Assembly (NCBI GenBank): GCA_013239625.1
Contig: MU054220.1
Location: 5,316,626 to 5,380,625 of the forward strand
DNA: 64,000 nucleotides
Reading direction: 5' to 3'
Origin: Lama guanicoe
Lineage: Eukaryota
In this document: in pieces, positions 62,706-64,000 of the stretch
Layout of the letters: each line of letters opens with the position of its first letter
Numbering within the stretch: position 1 is the first letter of the stretch
Made by a program: the position numbers and the translations under genes
Notes under the pieces: model-generated
Told to the model about the DNA's origin: nothing
What the model saw: only the letters and a program-made list of their open reading frames with translations
Databases searched by the model: none

Positions 62706-63029
62706 CTTTTATGCTAGATGGATGTTTTTAACTTCCGAATGAGCATGTAATTGGCATAGCATTTAGAGCATTTTTAATCCTTATTAATGAAAGATGGCAG
62801 AACATGAGTTGGTTTTCCAGACTTTTGAGATGCTGTTGTACCTGGCTCTTGCAGAAGACCAGAGGCAGGAAAAGGCAGGACTGACTGGTGGGATGGGGTT
62901 GTCATTAAGAAAGTGTACCTGATTTCAAGAAGGTTTGTGTCAGGAACTCCTATAGGCATCAGGAACCTGCTGTGACATTCTGTAGGCATCTTTGTTAGAT
63001 TCCAAAGAGCCCCAGCAGGGAGAGGTTAT

Positions 63030-63275
63030 GAGAGTTTATGCATAAGATAGGCTTGGGTTTGAATCTTGGTTTTGCTATTTATTAGCTGTCTGACCTTGAG
63101 ATTGTTTCTTAACCAGCCTGAGTTCATTTTTCTCTTTCTACACTGGAGGTAAAATAGTATGCTGAGCTCATAGAGTTGTTGGGCAGATTAAATATGACAA
63201 TGGAATTAGGTACTAAAGACTGTGCCTGGCACTTAAAAGGGGTCAACAAATGCTAGCTATTATTAGTAATAATGT
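63030..63275 (+). mobile_element. MIR SINE
   Basis: TGGGTTTGAATCTTGGTTTTGCTATTTATTAGCTGTCTGACCTTG...GACTGTGCCTGGCAC...AATGCTAGCTATTATT. Confidence 0.85.
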
Positions 63276-64000
63276 TTAGATACAAACAGTATAGACATTG
63301 TTGAACCCCAGATATTTTCCCGAAAACAATCTGCACACCGACAATGGGCCTATTCCTTTCCCTACTGTAAGTTTCTTTCATGTTCCTCTCCCCCTTCACC
63401 TCCACCCTCGACCATACTATATGCATAGCTTAGCTCCAAGTTCTCTGCTTTGACCTCTTCTTAATAAGTTGATTTTATTCTTTGACATCAGCCTTGAGTG
63501 TATGCTGAAACTTTGTCTGAAATGAAAGTTTAATTGCAACTATTACCAATGTCAGGCCCGGAAACCTCCTCTTAGCAATTACGCAATGAGGAACCCCATT
63601 GATTACTTTCCAGCTTTGCTGAGGTATACCAGAAGGTTAAGGCTGGGCAGAAGCTACTCTTGTTTTATAGGCCCATGATGTCAGGTGGGAGTGAGTGAGT
63701 GGAATCTCAGGTTGAAGAACGTCTTTTTGTTCTCATGCTCCAGATCAAAGTCTATCTTTCCTGCATAAAGCAAGGTTATATTTCTCCAAGGCTTCAGGGG
63801 ATAAAATTCTGCCTTGTGTTAGATGTCACAGAATCACGGAATGCGAGAATTGGGAAGAACAACCTTTAGGTTGATTGTCCTCAGAATGTAGTGCTCTGTG
63901 GAAGTGCTACAAGGGCAAGGGGCGGAAGAAGGGATGGGTTCTCTGGCTTTTTGCTTTCACCCTCCACTTTTCCTATTTTATGTATAGGAATTCAGCATAA

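Noticed and set aside
1..64000. CRISPR array, prokaryotic operon or defence-type system
   Set aside because: The sequence is mammalian repeat-rich DNA. There are no regularly spaced repeat-spacer units and no dense gene-like ORF organisation.

Overview
This is mammalian non-coding DNA, either intergenic or inside a very large intron. It most likely comes from a camelid (alpaca/llama/camel): there is a Vic-1-like tRNA-derived SINE and several young camelid-type L1 3' ends, and I recognised no Alu, B1/B2, Bov-A/BovB, PRE1 or SINEC elements. I recognised no host protein-coding exon, RNA gene or CRISPR array, and the ORF-track entries with recognisable motifs are all decayed transposon ORFs. The window is a layered record of mobile elements. 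These include a CpG-rich young L1 5'UTR at the left edge (1-1248, minus), three solo LTRs with readable boundaries, a 2.5 kb ERVL gag-pro-pol fossil, two tandem L1 ORF2/3' ends and a near-complete ORF1-only HAL1-like element. There is also a CR1/L3 RT relic, MaLR/ERVL LTRs, hAT and Tigger MITEs, and many MIR/L2 fragments. Unique stretches between repeats carry transcription-factor motif clusters (CTCF, YY1/octamer, EBF/HOX, MEIS) that may be enhancers. I found no convincing new biological system. The best leads are a CpG-island-like solo LTR carrying Sp1/NRF1/YY1 motifs, the intact L1 promoter, and a few candidate regulatory elements. Family names come from my recall of consensus sequences, not a database search, and the boundaries of old repeats are approximate.
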